The notes beneath the pieces were generated by a model. The model saw only the letters and a list, made by a program, of their open reading frames with translations. It ran no database searches and was not told where the DNA came from. A stretch of 64,000 nucleotides of DNA, from positions 8,300 through 72,299 of the forward strand of contig CALLLS010000009.1 of assembly GCA_938008215.1 (NCBI GenBank). Direction: 5' to 3'. A program made the position numbers and the translations under genes. Positions 19,748-29,847 of this stretch are shown here, in pieces; the first letter of the stretch is position 1; each line of letters begins with the position of its first letter. The DNA comes from an uncultured Verrucomicrobiales bacterium (GTDB lineage Bacteria; Verrucomicrobiota; Verrucomicrobiia; Verrucomicrobiales; Akkermansiaceae).

Positions 19748-20695
19748 ATGCTTCCAACAAAGTCTCTCACAAAAGATATGCTCATCGGGGTGCTGATGGG
19801 CGGGCCAGGTTCAGAACGGGAAGTCTCCCTTGCTTCTGGAAACGCGGTGTTAAAGGCTCTACAAGAAGCCGGATATAATGCCATTAAAGTAGACGTTACA
19901 GAGCGGTCTCCTAAGCTTCCCGAAGGGCTAGATCTCGCTTTTAATCTTATTCATGGAACATATGGAGAGGATGGCGGACTACAGGCTTATTTAGAAGAGT
20001 TGGGTATTCCTTATACAGGAACGGGCGTGGAAAGCTCTCGCGTGGGTTTTGATAAAGTTCTTTCTAAAGAGGAATTCATTGCTGCTGATGTGCCTACTCC
20101 CAGATCTCAAACTATACTAACTAAGGAAGGTGTCGCTGCAGTGAAGTTTGACCTCCCCTATGTCGTTAAGCCTCCTCGTGAAGGTTCTAGCGTAGGAGTA
20201 CACGTGTGTAAAACACTGGAAGAAGCCGAGGCAGCATTTGCAGATGTTGAACAATATAGTGAGGATGTGCTCGTGGAGCAGTTTGTAGCTGGAAAAGAGC
20301 TAACGGTCGCAATCGTAGGGGATGAGGTCTTGCCTATTGTTCATATTGATCCAAGTGGAGAGTTTTATGACATTTCCTCTAAGTATTCTTGGCTGGCAGA
20401 GCCTGATGATCCTTCTGTTACGACTCAATATCACTGCCCAGCTGATTTGGATGCCGACACAATAGAGAGTGTACAAAAAGCGGCAAAGGCGGCATATGAT
20501 GCGATTGGAACAGAAATTTATGCTAGGGTGGATGTTTTACTGGATTCTTTAGGAAATCCGTATATTCTGGAAATCAATACTATTCCTGGGATGACTGAAA
20601 CAAGCCTACTACCAAAAGCCGCAAAGGCTTCTGGTTATAGCTTCAGCGAACTCTGCATTAAAATTGGAGAGCTTTCCCTAGGATTAAGATCCTAA
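19748..20695 (+). CDS. ddl: D-alanine--D-alanine ligase
   Basis: ATP-grasp fold with GGPGSEREVSL and EINTIPGMT blocks. Confidence 0.9.
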   Translation: MLPTKSLTKDMLIGVLMGGPGSEREVSLASGNAVLKALQEAGYNAIKVDVTERSPKLPEGLDLAFNLIHGTYGEDGGLQAYLEELGIPYTGTGVESSRVGFDKVLSKEEFIAADVPTPRSQTILTKEGVAAVKFDLPYVVKPPREGSSVGVHVCKTLEEAEAAFADVEQYSEDVLVEQFVAGKELTVAIVGDEVLPIVHIDPSGEFYDISSKYSWLAEPDDPSVTTQYHCPADLDADTIESVQKAAKAAYDAIGTEIYARVDVLLDSLGNPYILEINTIPGMTETSLLPKAAKASGYSFSELCIKIGELSLGLRS

Positions 20696-20768
20696 TTTCT
20701 TAGCTTTACTAGGGGTGATTTCCATCCCCCTTGGCGTTTGAGAGGTTAGGGTAACCATAATCTCCAGA

Positions 20769-21737
20769 ATGGCTAAAAGGCGCCAACAAAACACTAGACT
20801 TTCACCACGCCGGGAACGTAACCACGTTCTTTCGGTAGAGGTCATGTCGCCACGTATCATCGCGTATACGCTCATCAGTAAAGCACGGAAGCTAGTAATC
20901 TACGGGCTTGTGACCCTTATTTTGGTGTTACTCGCTTGGGCAGTCTTTAGGGCATCAAAATACCTTTTCATAGAAGGGGAGCGCTTTCACCTAACAGAAA
21001 TAAAAATTAGCCCTGAGCCTGAGGCAGAGTCGTTTTGTTCATATGTCACGCTTCCGCAACTCACTGGATTAGAATGTGGAGAGAGCATTTTTTCTTATGA
21101 TTTAGATGAAATGGAAAAATCTCTAGAGGCGTATCCTGAGATTAAAAAGGTGTCTTTAAGTAGAAGGCTTCCCGGCACAGTTTCTATAGAAATAGAAGAG
21201 CATGTTCCTGTAGCATCCATTTCACACAGTGGGACGCAATACTTAGTTGAGAGTGAAGGGTTATGCTTCCAATCAAAATTAGCGGTTTCCTCCCTGTGGA
21301 AAAGCTTGCCGACGCTTATTCCACTTTACCAACATGATTTGCCGCTGGAGACAAAGACTAACTATGTAAGCGATATTGGTATTAAAAGGGCGCTGCACCT
21401 CGCTTCTAAATGGGCTGAGTTAAATCCCACTGAGCCGCTCTTATCTATTACGGTGAAAGACTATCATAGCTTGGAGGCTGTTACAAAAAATGGTTCTTCG
21501 CTACTATTTGGATATTATGATCATGAGCGCCAAATCCAAGACTATAAGGCACTGTATACTCATGCAGAAAAGAATGAGTTAGCAGTGCGAAGTGTAAACT
21601 TACTCCCGTTTAAAAATATTCCTGTGACTTTTGATCGTAAACCCAAGCCTACAAGGCGGCATCAAGCTGTGCCCAGAATTACTCCCAATGTAAAATCACC
21701 AGATGAAGATATTCTCCTTATTCTGGAACAAGGTTAA
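20769..21737 (+). CDS. ftsQ: cell division protein FtsQ (POTRA)
   Basis: Single transmembrane segment followed by a POTRA-like domain. Located between ddl and ftsA. Confidence 0.75.
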   Translation: MAKRRQQNTRLSPRRERNHVLSVEVMSPRIIAYTLISKARKLVIYGLVTLILVLLAWAVFRASKYLFIEGERFHLTEIKISPEPEAESFCSYVTLPQLTGLECGESIFSYDLDEMEKSLEAYPEIKKVSLSRRLPGTVSIEIEEHVPVASISHSGTQYLVESEGLCFQSKLAVSSLWKSLPTLIPLYQHDLPLETKTNYVSDIGIKRALHLASKWAELNPTEPLLSITVKDYHSLEAVTKNGSSLLFGYYDHERQIQDYKALYTHAEKNELAVRSVNLLPFKNIPVTFDRKPKPTRRHQAVPRITPNVKSPDEDILLILEQG

Positions 21738-21742
21738 TTTCC

Positions 21743-22945
21743 ATGGCTAAATCAAAATATCACGTAGGACTAGAAATAGGAACATCCACCACTAGAATGG
21801 TAGTTGCGGAGGTGAAGCCTGACCTCTCAGTGAAAATCCTCGGGCTTGGGCAATCTAAGTCAGCTGGTGTACGCAAGGGAGAAATTCAGGACGTAAATCA
21901 AGCACGCGCCTGCATTAAGGCGACTTTATTAGAGGCTGAGGACTTAAGTGATATTAAGATAGGGTGTGTCTTTCTTGCGGTAACAGGAGGGCATATCAGA
22001 GGGCTAAATAACCGAGGCACCTTCCGTCTACCAGGTGAGAATGTGGAGGTGATGAATGATCATATTATTGAGGTGGAAGACATCGCAAGTGACACCAGTA
22101 TTCCAAGTGACCATGGTTATATACATACTCTTTCTAGAAATTACCGATTGGATGGTCAGGAGCATCGCAGCCCACCTATTGGACTATTTGGTAATACGCT
22201 AGAAGCAGATTTTCATCTCGTGCATGGTATAAAGACGCGTATCCAAAACACGATGCGCGTAGCAAAAGAGTGTGCTATTGAGATTGATGATATCGTTTTT
22301 TCACCACTCGCTTCTGCTCAAGTAGCTTTAAACCGGGAGCGGAAAGAGGCGGGAGCGCTAGTCGTAGATATAGGTGCAGGAACTACTGATTATGTTCTCT
22401 ACGTGAATGGTGCTATCTTTGCCTCTGGTTGCATCCCGATCGGTGGAGATCATATTCAGAATGATATCCATCTCGTTACTCACGTTCCTCTTTCAAAGGC
22501 GGAGAAACTCAAACTTGAATATGGAGATGTCTCAGCGGAGGGGCAATCTGCAGCTGGGACTATTAAGCTTGATGATGATGTAGGGCTCGATGTTCCTGAA
22601 ATTGAGCGAAGCATCCTTAATAAAGTCATTGCCGCTAGGCTTAATGAGATCTTTAAAATTCTAGAGTCTCGCCTTCCTGAAGGGGTGACTCATCATATCG
22701 GCACAGGTATTTACTTAACCGGTGGAGTAAGTAAGACAAAAGGCATTTCCAAGGTCGTCAATGATGTCTTCTCATTACCAGTCTTTCGCCCTGAGCAAAC
22801 GGATTTAAGTGGCACTACCGCTTACTTTAAAGACCCACAACTTTTCACCACCCTTGGTCTCATTAGATATGCTCAAATCTTAGAACAAGGGGATAAACCC
22901 AGCCATAGCCCATTGAATTTCTTCTCTAAGCTCTTTGGTAAATAA
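21743..22945 (+). CDS. ftsA: cell division protein FtsA
   Basis: Actin-like ATPase motifs GLEIGTS and DIGAGTTD, in conserved context. Confidence 0.9.
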   Translation: MAKSKYHVGLEIGTSTTRMVVAEVKPDLSVKILGLGQSKSAGVRKGEIQDVNQARACIKATLLEAEDLSDIKIGCVFLAVTGGHIRGLNNRGTFRLPGENVEVMNDHIIEVEDIASDTSIPSDHGYIHTLSRNYRLDGQEHRSPPIGLFGNTLEADFHLVHGIKTRIQNTMRVAKECAIEIDDIVFSPLASAQVALNRERKEAGALVVDIGAGTTDYVLYVNGAIFASGCIPIGGDHIQNDIHLVTHVPLSKAEKLKLEYGDVSAEGQSAAGTIKLDDDVGLDVPEIERSILNKVIAARLNEIFKILESRLPEGVTHHIGTGIYLTGGVSKTKGISKVVNDVFSLPVFRPEQTDLSGTTAYFKDPQLFTTLGLIRYAQILEQGDKPSHSPLNFFSKLFGK

Positions 22946-22963
22946 CAATTAAAATTACTACTT

Positions 22964-25183
22964 ATGATTAAATACGAAAAAGATGCACAGCAAACAATCC
23001 CAACCTCCGAGATAAAAATCATTGGTCTTGGCGGCGCAGGCGCAAATATAATAGATCGTGTCATCATAGAGGGGATTAAAGGCCCTGAAATTCTTACCAT
23101 AAATGCTGACTTAAGAACGCTCCACTGCACTAATGCAAAAGAGAAAATTCAGCTTGGAGAACATGTTACAAGAGGGATCGGTTGTGGCGGAGATCCAGAG
23201 ATCGGCTTAAAAGCGGCAAAGGAAAGTGAAGAGGAAATTAGAGCCGCTATTAAAGGGAGAAAGATCGTTTTCCTCTGTGTTGGACTTGGTGGGGGAACAG
23301 GTTCAGGGGCTGCCCCACTAGTGACTAGGATTGCTAGAGAAGAAGGTGCATTCATCGTAGTCTTTGCCGTAATGCCATTTGGTTTTGAGGGGGCGAGAAG
23401 AAAGGTTCAAGCAGAGACGGCTCTCAATGAACTTGCGGCTATGTCTAACGCTTTAGTGACGTTTGATAATGGAAGAATGGCAGAACTAGTCCTAGCTGAA
23501 CAAGGCATTCATGAAGCCTTTACTGCGGCGAATAGCCTCATTTCTGACAGCATTCATGCCATTTCACGGATTGCACTCTTTCCAGGTATAGTCCACATTG
23601 GGCTTGATGATTTGGTGACTACATTAAGTTCTAATAGGTCCAGGTGCCTTTTTGGTTCGGGCAAGGCTAGTACTAAAGATCGAGTCTTAAAAGCGTTGGA
23701 GCAGGCTTTAAATAGTCCGCTTCTTGATAAAGGGAAGCTTCTGAAAACTGCTGAATCCGTATTGGTTCATATTTGTGGAGGGTCCTCTTTAACAATGTTT
23801 GAGGCAGACCTCATGATGAGTGAGTTAAGCAAAAACCTTAATCCTGCGGCTCAAGTATTCTTCGGTGTCAGTATCGATGATAGTATGGGGCAAGACTTCT
23901 CTGTCACCATCATGAGCTCCCTTCCCGAAGAAAAGGTAACCATTCCTATGATTGATGAAGAGAAGCAACTCGATAACCAACCAACATTTAGCTCTTCACC
24001 TACTATTTCACTGCCACTAGAAAAAGAAGTGTCTGTGGAACCTGTTAGAATAGAGTCCCAGCCGAAGATGGAACCTGTAGGTATTGAAAGGGTCTCTCCG
24101 CCAGCTGTCAAAAAAGAAATAGTTACTCCAGCTGAAGCTAAGGTAGAAAGTAATACTGCCCCAGTTGAGCCTGCGATTAGTCAAGATGTAGAAGCTATTT
24201 CCAGAGAAAAATCACTAGGTGTGCAGGAAAATAGAGCAGTATCGGAAGAGCCACTCATCAAAGTTGAATCTAAATCTGTTGAAAAAGTTAAAATAGATTT
24301 TATACCTGAAGATGGTAACGCACTAGAAGCAGATGAACCAATTCTTAAGCGACCTATTCAAGAGCCTCTTTTAGAAAATGCCTTTAATGAAAAGGATGAT
24401 GATGACTTACCTCTTTTGATTCCCGAAAATGAAGAGACAGTGCCTGTTTCGCGTAAGCTGGTAGAACCTCAAATAAATGTAAGGCCTCAGATATCTAGAA
24501 AACCTCAGCCAGATAATGATTCAGAAACGAAGGGACCTAGAAGACGCTTTGCGCACCTCTTTAGAAAGCAAGAGCCACAACCCTCTAATATGGAGATGAA
24601 TAACGATTTGGTAGGTGAGGACCTACCAGAAGAAGAGCCCACTTTTTCCCGTAAACCTAACAAGTTTTCTAATCTTATGGGGGAATCTACACAACCAGAA
24701 GTTGTTCAAGAAGAAGCCTCTGATTTGTCTGATGAAGCTAAAGCGCAGAAAGCGGTTAGGCTATCTAACCCTGTAGATGACCTGCCAGACCTTCCTCAAC
24801 AAGTGCCCTTTAAAAAGCCTTCTTTTGCGAAGACTGTGCGCAATAAAGGTAACGTTTTCACTACTTTTAAGAACGCAGGGACTTTACCTAAGAAAAAAGA
24901 AGATAGTTCTTCGGTTACCAATAAGGATCACACTGAAAGGCTTCATGCTAAACCTATAGAAAATATACCATCTAAAGAAGAGCTCCTAATGCCAAGAAGT
25001 GGGATGGAAACTAAGTCTGTCATTGGTAAGGTAGAACCAGAGGGGGACTTTTTTAGCAATTCATTTTCTCAATCAGAATTAGAACTGGATGGTAAGCCTA
25101 AGGGGAGATTTGAAGGAGAGTCACCAAATGTATACGACGGTGAGGATTTAGATATCCCTACCTTCTTAAGAGATTTGAATTAG
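22964..25183 (+). CDS. ftsZ: cell division GTPase FtsZ with ~400-aa C-terminal linker
   Basis: GLGGAGAN and the tubulin signature GGGTGSGAAP. Ends with the conserved C-terminal peptide DLDIPTFLR. 739 aa in total. Confidence 0.9.
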   Translation: MIKYEKDAQQTIPTSEIKIIGLGGAGANIIDRVIIEGIKGPEILTINADLRTLHCTNAKEKIQLGEHVTRGIGCGGDPEIGLKAAKESEEEIRAAIKGRKIVFLCVGLGGGTGSGAAPLVTRIAREEGAFIVVFAVMPFGFEGARRKVQAETALNELAAMSNALVTFDNGRMAELVLAEQGIHEAFTAANSLISDSIHAISRIALFPGIVHIGLDDLVTTLSSNRSRCLFGSGKASTKDRVLKALEQALNSPLLDKGKLLKTAESVLVHICGGSSLTMFEADLMMSELSKNLNPAAQVFFGVSIDDSMGQDFSVTIMSSLPEEKVTIPMIDEEKQLDNQPTFSSSPTISLPLEKEVSVEPVRIESQPKMEPVGIERVSPPAVKKEIVTPAEAKVESNTAPVEPAISQDVEAISREKSLGVQENRAVSEEPLIKVESKSVEKVKIDFIPEDGNALEADEPILKRPIQEPLLENAFNEKDDDDLPLLIPENEETVPVSRKLVEPQINVRPQISRKPQPDNDSETKGPRRRFAHLFRKQEPQPSNMEMNNDLVGEDLPEEEPTFSRKPNKFSNLMGESTQPEVVQEEASDLSDEAKAQKAVRLSNPVDDLPDLPQQVPFKKPSFAKTVRNKGNVFTTFKNAGTLPKKKEDSSSVTNKDHTERLHAKPIENIPSKEELLMPRSGMETKSVIGKVEPEGDFFSNSFSQSELELDGKPKGRFEGESPNVYDGEDLDIPTFLRDLN

Positions 25184-25241
25184 TAGTATTAGAAAATATC
25201 GATACAAGAGGTCAGACATATCCTGACTTATCTATATGCTA

Positions 25242-26975
25242 TTACTCTATGCCCTTCCTTGCTAGCTCGGCGTAAAGTCCATTTGCGCTTAGGAGCTCGG
25301 AATGTTGCCCTTTTTCTACGACTTCCCCCTTATCCAACACGTAAATACAGTCAGCATTTTGAATGGTAGAGAGGCGATGTGCAATTACGATAGCGGTTCG
25401 TCCTCGCAGTAGACCAAGCAGAGCTTTTTGGATAAGATCTTCTGTCTCATTATCCACAGAGGCAGTGGCTTCATCTAGGACTAAGATTGGCGGATTTTTT
25501 AAGACCGCTCTGGCAATTGCGAGGCGCTGCTTCTCTCCTCCAGAGAGTTTGACCCCACGTTCACCTACGTTCGTATCTAACCCTTCTGGTAGATCTTTTA
25601 CGAATGAGGTTGCTTGTGCTACTTCTAACGCACGCCAAGTCTCTTCATCAGAGGCGTCTTGATTCGCTATGAGGAGGTTTTCTCTTACTGAACCATTAAA
25701 GAGGAAATTATCTTGAGAGACATATCCAATAGATTCGCGTAGGGAAGTCTTACGTATAATAGTGATGTCTTTACCGTCAATCGTGATCTGCCCCATATCG
25801 GCTTCATAAAAGCGGCTCAATAAGTTTACGATTGTAGATTTCCCAGCGCCTGTTGGACCAACAAGGGCAATTGTTTTTCCAGCAGGGGCATGTAAATTAA
25901 GACCAGAAATCGTCGTGCTCTCGCCATAGGAAAAGGAAATGTCTTGAAACTTCACTTCACCTTGAACTGGCTTCTGTAATGGTTCTCCAGTGCTCATGCC
26001 TTTCTCTTCTTCAGCGTCTAAAATTTCAAAGACCCGATCCGCTGCTGCTCTGGAAGACAACGCCATTTGATTAATCTGATGGAGCCTCCCAATCGGTTCA
26101 TAAAAGAGGCTTAATAACAGAAATGCTCCCACAAACTGACCAGAAGTCATACTGCCGTCCATCACTTGGAGTCCCCCTTGCCAAAGCACTATCACATAAC
26201 CAATCATGGAGAGAAAGGACATCCCAGGCGAGTATCCTGCCCACCATGCCATTAGTCTGAGGTTTGCTTTTCTTAAGGTGTTGGAGTGCTCATTAAATTT
26301 TCGATGCTCAGTGTCTTGTGCAGTAAAGGATTTAATCTGACGAATTCCTGCAATGTTATCATGCAGCAGCGCATTCATATTACTAGAGGCTTCTCGTGGC
26401 CCTTTATAGCGGTCTCTCGCATTACGCGTGTATATCCAAGCTCCGACCATGAGAAGAGGTATTGGAAGGGTAGCCCATAGTCCCACCTGCAGGTTCATGA
26501 GATAGATGCTGGTGCCTACGATTATCACCTGCACGAGCGCCATCAGCCCTTGCTCTACGCCATCGATAAGGATACGTTCCATCGCCGTCACATCCTCCGT
26601 GACTCGTGTCATAATGTCTCCAGTTCTCCGTCCATCGAACCACTTGACTGGAAGATTTTGTAAACGCTTATAGAGGTCAGAACGGATATCGAAAATCACT
26701 CTCTGCTCAAAGTGGTTATTGATTACGATGCGGCATGCATTCAGACCGTCTTTTAGGAAAAAGCCCAACAGCGTTAAGAGCACTAAAGGCAGGAATGTAG
26801 CATACTCTTTATTTGGAATGACCTCATCAATGATCTTCTGCGTGACCTTTGGGAAAATGAGGGTGCAGCATACCGAGGCTATAGCGCAGAAAAGCTGTCC
26901 GCTAAACATTAAGCGATAGCGCTTGAGGTAAGAAAGGACACGAAGGACAGAATTCATAAGAGGATACTCACTCAA
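25242..26975 (-). CDS. ABC exporter, fused permease/ATPase (MsbA-like)
   Basis: Six-TM domain plus Walker A GPTGAGKST, signature LSGGEKQR and Walker B LVLDEATS. The track start at 26975 is TTG. The ATG at 26957 (MNSVLR...) is an alternative start. Confidence 0.85.
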   Translation of the reverse strand: MSEYPLMNSVLRVLSYLKRYRLMFSGQLFCAIASVCCTLIFPKVTQKIIDEVIPNKEYATFLPLVLLTLLGFFLKDGLNACRIVINNHFEQRVIFDIRSDLYKRLQNLPVKWFDGRRTGDIMTRVTEDVTAMERILIDGVEQGLMALVQVIIVGTSIYLMNLQVGLWATLPIPLLMVGAWIYTRNARDRYKGPREASSNMNALLHDNIAGIRQIKSFTAQDTEHRKFNEHSNTLRKANLRLMAWWAGYSPGMSFLSMIGYVIVLWQGGLQVMDGSMTSGQFVGAFLLLSLFYEPIGRLHQINQMALSSRAAADRVFEILDAEEEKGMSTGEPLQKPVQGEVKFQDISFSYGESTTISGLNLHAPAGKTIALVGPTGAGKSTIVNLLSRFYEADMGQITIDGKDITIIRKTSLRESIGYVSQDNFLFNGSVRENLLIANQDASDEETWRALEVAQATSFVKDLPEGLDTNVGERGVKLSGGEKQRLAIARAVLKNPPILVLDEATASVDNETEDLIQKALLGLLRGRTAIVIAHRLSTIQNADCIYVLDKGEVVEKGQHSELLSANGLYAELARKGIE

Positions 26976-26976
26976 T

Positions 26977-26995
26977 GGCGCAAAGACGCAAAAGG
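26977..26995 (-). repeat. partial copy of the TTTGCG-heptad element (CCTTTTGCGTCTTTGCGCC on the minus strand)
   Basis: Shares the exact 13-mer TTGCGTCTTTGCG with the copy at 60842-60854. Lies just upstream of the ABC exporter start. Confidence 0.5.
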
Positions 26996-27026
26996 TATTT
27001 TAAATTATATCTTAAATTTAACCCTT

Positions 27027-27062
27027 CCAAAAGAAAGAGGAGGGGCTTTGTGCCCTCCCTCT
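27027..27062 (-). terminator. rho-independent terminator after secDF
   Basis: The minus strand reads AGAGGGAGGGC-ACAAA-GCCCCTCCTCT followed by TTCTTTTGG. The stem has one mismatch and one G.U pair. Confidence 0.6.
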
Positions 27063-27093
27063 TAATCTAAATTGACGAGATAGAACTATGTCT

Positions 27094-29460
27094 TTACTCA
27101 ACAATCGTGTTTTGTTCATCACGAATCGCAGTAGCGATTACTTCCTCACGAATGCTTTCATCCCCCTTACGTCTTGCCCAAAGATAGACAATAGGAGAGG
27201 CGATGAAGATTGATGAGTAGGTTCCCACAATGACTCCGATGAGAATAGCAAAGGAGAAATCCTTCAGCGCTTGTCCACCGAAGATGAAGAGGACTAAGAC
27301 TACGAAGAAGGTCGTTAATGAAGTCAGAACCGTTCGAGACAAGGTAGAGTTAATCGCCTCATTCATGAGGTCTTCAATATTTCCTTTCTTCATCTGAAGC
27401 GTCTCACGGATACGGTCAAAGACGACGATCGTATCATTAATGGAATATCCAGCAATCGTCAGAATTGCGCCCACATGAATGAGTGAGAATTCAGAAGTCC
27501 CTGTGAGCCAACTGTAGAGACCGATACATCCTAAGACGATTAAGAGATCGTGAAAGAGCGCGGCGAAAGCACCTAAGGCAAAAGAAAATTCAAAGCGAAC
27601 GGTGATATAGACCATGATGCAGGCAAGGCCCAAGAGTAGTGCCAAAACGGAATTCATGAGGAACTCTTTACCAAGTGTTGCACTTACAGAATCGTCTGAT
27701 GCTTCCACATTGGCGAGCTGAGGAATATCCTTACGAACTTCACGCTTAATTTCATCTACATCCTCCGTCGCGCATTTGATGCTTAAGAGTTTTCCTGAAG
27801 CCTGTGTGGTTTCCTCCTGAACGAGAGGGAGTTTCTCTAAATCAAGGTCAGAGATCGCTTCTACCACTTTACTTTCTGAGAGATCTGCATCTCCAAGCTG
27901 GAACTTCACTATAGAACCACCGACGAAGTCGATACCAAGTGCTTTATCACCACGCACCCCAAGAAGGGCAATGGAGGCAATGAGGATAGGAATGGAAAGA
28001 GTGAAGGCGACCTTGCGCATGCGCATGAAAGGAAACTGCTTCTTTTTGAAGAGATCCGCAAAGCTCAACTTCTTAATGATTCCTAAGTCATGCCCCCAAT
28101 AAAAGAGAACGCGGGTCACGATGAGTGCGGTAAGAAGGGATGCTAAAATACCAATCGTTAATGTAATAGCGAAGCCTTTCACCGTGCCAGAGGCTTTCCA
28201 GAAGAGAACGAGTGCCGTAATGAGCGTGGTGATGTTCGCATCGAAGATGGCTGAGAACGCTTTCTCATAAGCGGCTTTGATAGATGCCTTCATCGATTTA
28301 CCTGCATTCATTTCTTCTCGCAATCGCTCATAAATAAGAACATTAGCGTCTACCGCTACCCCGATGGTAAGAATGATACCTGCGATGCCTGGAAGGGTGA
28401 AGGTGAACTCAAACATCGCCATCACCCCGAAGAGGAGGAGTATGTTAATCGCGAGGCCGACCAAGGCGATAATCCCAGCGGCACGGTAATAGATGAGGAT
28501 AAAGATAAGCGTGATAGCGAGTCCTGCGATCCCTGCGGTAATCCCTTGTTGAACTGTTGCCTTACCAAGACGCGCGGAAACTTCACGCGCTTCTTCAATT
28601 TGTAATGGGTTTTTAAGAGGGTTCTCTAAGGCATTCGCTACTGTGCGCGCTTCCTCTTGGCTGTCCATTCCACTGATGGAAAACTGAGCCCCAAAGATTC
28701 CTTGCACGGTCGCGGCATTGATGACTTCACCATCCAGCACACTTGCCATCTGGTCTCGCCCAAGCTCCATGCTACTCGTGGCTTTAAACATTTCTTCACC
28801 ACCTTCATTATCCAGCTGAACTTGAATCACTCCTCTCTGTCCTTGGTCGACATAAGCTTGCTTCACTTTATCTCCAGAGACGATAACGCGTCGGTTCAGT
28901 AGCAGGTCGATCGTTCTTGGATTTCCATCTTCATCCTCGGTCTCGTATTCTTTTAGCTCATATCCTGAAACTCGCTTGCCTGCCTTTGCTTGTGGTGCGA
29001 GGTAAGCATTTTGCGGATGCACCGCTCGGATTTCCAGCTTAGCTACTTGTTGGAGAGTTTTTCGCACTCCTTCAGATTCCTCTTCACTAATTCCAGGCAT
29101 CTCCACGATGATGCGGTCATTCCCTTGTTGTTGGAGAAGGAGGTCTTTTCCGCCACCAGCATTAAGTCTTTTTTCAATGGTAGCCATTGCAGACTTCACA
29201 GCGTCAGGGCTGATAGGGATGGGATTTCCCGCCTCATCAATGTTAGGAACGATCTTTAGAGTGTAGGAAGATCCACCAACGATATCGATCCCTCCTTTTA
29301 GGCGTTCTTGGGGTGGGAATAATGCCAGACATGCAACAGCTGTAATCCCGATAGTAAGAATGGTGCCTACATTTCTACGTGTGCGGTCTTTATCTGAAAA
29401 CACATACCATAAGAGCAATATGAGGAGGGAAAGCCCGACGAAGAAGACAATGTTTTGCAT
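27094..29460 (-). CDS. secDF: fused protein translocase subunit SecDF
   Basis: 788 aa with two six-TM halves and a large periplasmic domain. Downstream of yajC. Confidence 0.9.
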   Translation of the reverse strand: MQNIVFFVGLSLLILLLWYVFSDKDRTRRNVGTILTIGITAVACLALFPPQERLKGGIDIVGGSSYTLKIVPNIDEAGNPIPISPDAVKSAMATIEKRLNAGGGKDLLLQQQGNDRIIVEMPGISEEESEGVRKTLQQVAKLEIRAVHPQNAYLAPQAKAGKRVSGYELKEYETEDEDGNPRTIDLLLNRRVIVSGDKVKQAYVDQGQRGVIQVQLDNEGGEEMFKATSSMELGRDQMASVLDGEVINAATVQGIFGAQFSISGMDSQEEARTVANALENPLKNPLQIEEAREVSARLGKATVQQGITAGIAGLAITLIFILIYYRAAGIIALVGLAINILLLFGVMAMFEFTFTLPGIAGIILTIGVAVDANVLIYERLREEMNAGKSMKASIKAAYEKAFSAIFDANITTLITALVLFWKASGTVKGFAITLTIGILASLLTALIVTRVLFYWGHDLGIIKKLSFADLFKKKQFPFMRMRKVAFTLSIPILIASIALLGVRGDKALGIDFVGGSIVKFQLGDADLSESKVVEAISDLDLEKLPLVQEETTQASGKLLSIKCATEDVDEIKREVRKDIPQLANVEASDDSVSATLGKEFLMNSVLALLLGLACIMVYITVRFEFSFALGAFAALFHDLLIVLGCIGLYSWLTGTSEFSLIHVGAILTIAGYSINDTIVVFDRIRETLQMKKGNIEDLMNEAINSTLSRTVLTSLTTFFVVLVLFIFGGQALKDFSFAILIGVIVGTYSSIFIASPIVYLWARRKGDESIREEVIATAIRDEQNTIVE

Positions 29461-29478
29461 GATTCTGGAAATAAAAAA

Positions 29479-29844
29479 TTACTTTTTACCCTCTATCTTA
29501 GCTGGGGCTTCTTCCTTAGATGACCCAGCAGGTATAATACTAGCGATATTAGCAGCTTCCATTGTGATGAAGACTCCTTCAGAAACCTTCAAGCTGACCG
29601 TAGTATCACCTTTATGATTCACTACCCCGTGGATTCCGCCTATTGTGATTACTTTATCCCCTTTTTTAGCCGCCGCTAGTTGCTGCGCTAGTTTTTTCTT
29701 CTGCTGTTGCTGTGGGCGGAAAATGAGAAAATACATCAGCATCATCATTCCAAGGAAAAGGAAGATCGGGCTTCCGAGCATTGATGCTGGTCCTGTAGGG
29801 GCTCCACCTGCCGCCTGTGCGAATAGGGTAAATGTATCTGTCAT
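29479..29844 (-). CDS. yajC: preprotein translocase subunit YajC
   Basis: Single TM followed by the GDKVITIGGIHG block. Confidence 0.85.
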   Translation of the reverse strand: MTDTFTLFAQAAGGAPTGPASMLGSPIFLFLGMMMLMYFLIFRPQQQQKKKLAQQLAAAKKGDKVITIGGIHGVVNHKGDTTVSLKVSEGVFITMEAANIASIIPAGSSKEEAPAKIEGKK

Positions 29845-29847
29845 AAT

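Noticed and set aside
23900-25100. Repetitive DNA in the ftsZ 3' half as a possible CRISPR or tandem-repeat array
   Set aside because: The repetition is short, irregular and in-frame, reflecting a low-complexity linker. There are no regularly spaced direct repeats with unique spacers. No CRISPR-like array was seen anywhere in the window.
25209-25229. Hairpin AGGTCAG-ACATATC-CTGACTT between the convergent ftsZ and ABC genes, as a bidirectional terminator
   Set aside because: The stem is only 5-7 bp including a G.U pair. There is no clear U-tract on either strand. It is too weak to annotate.
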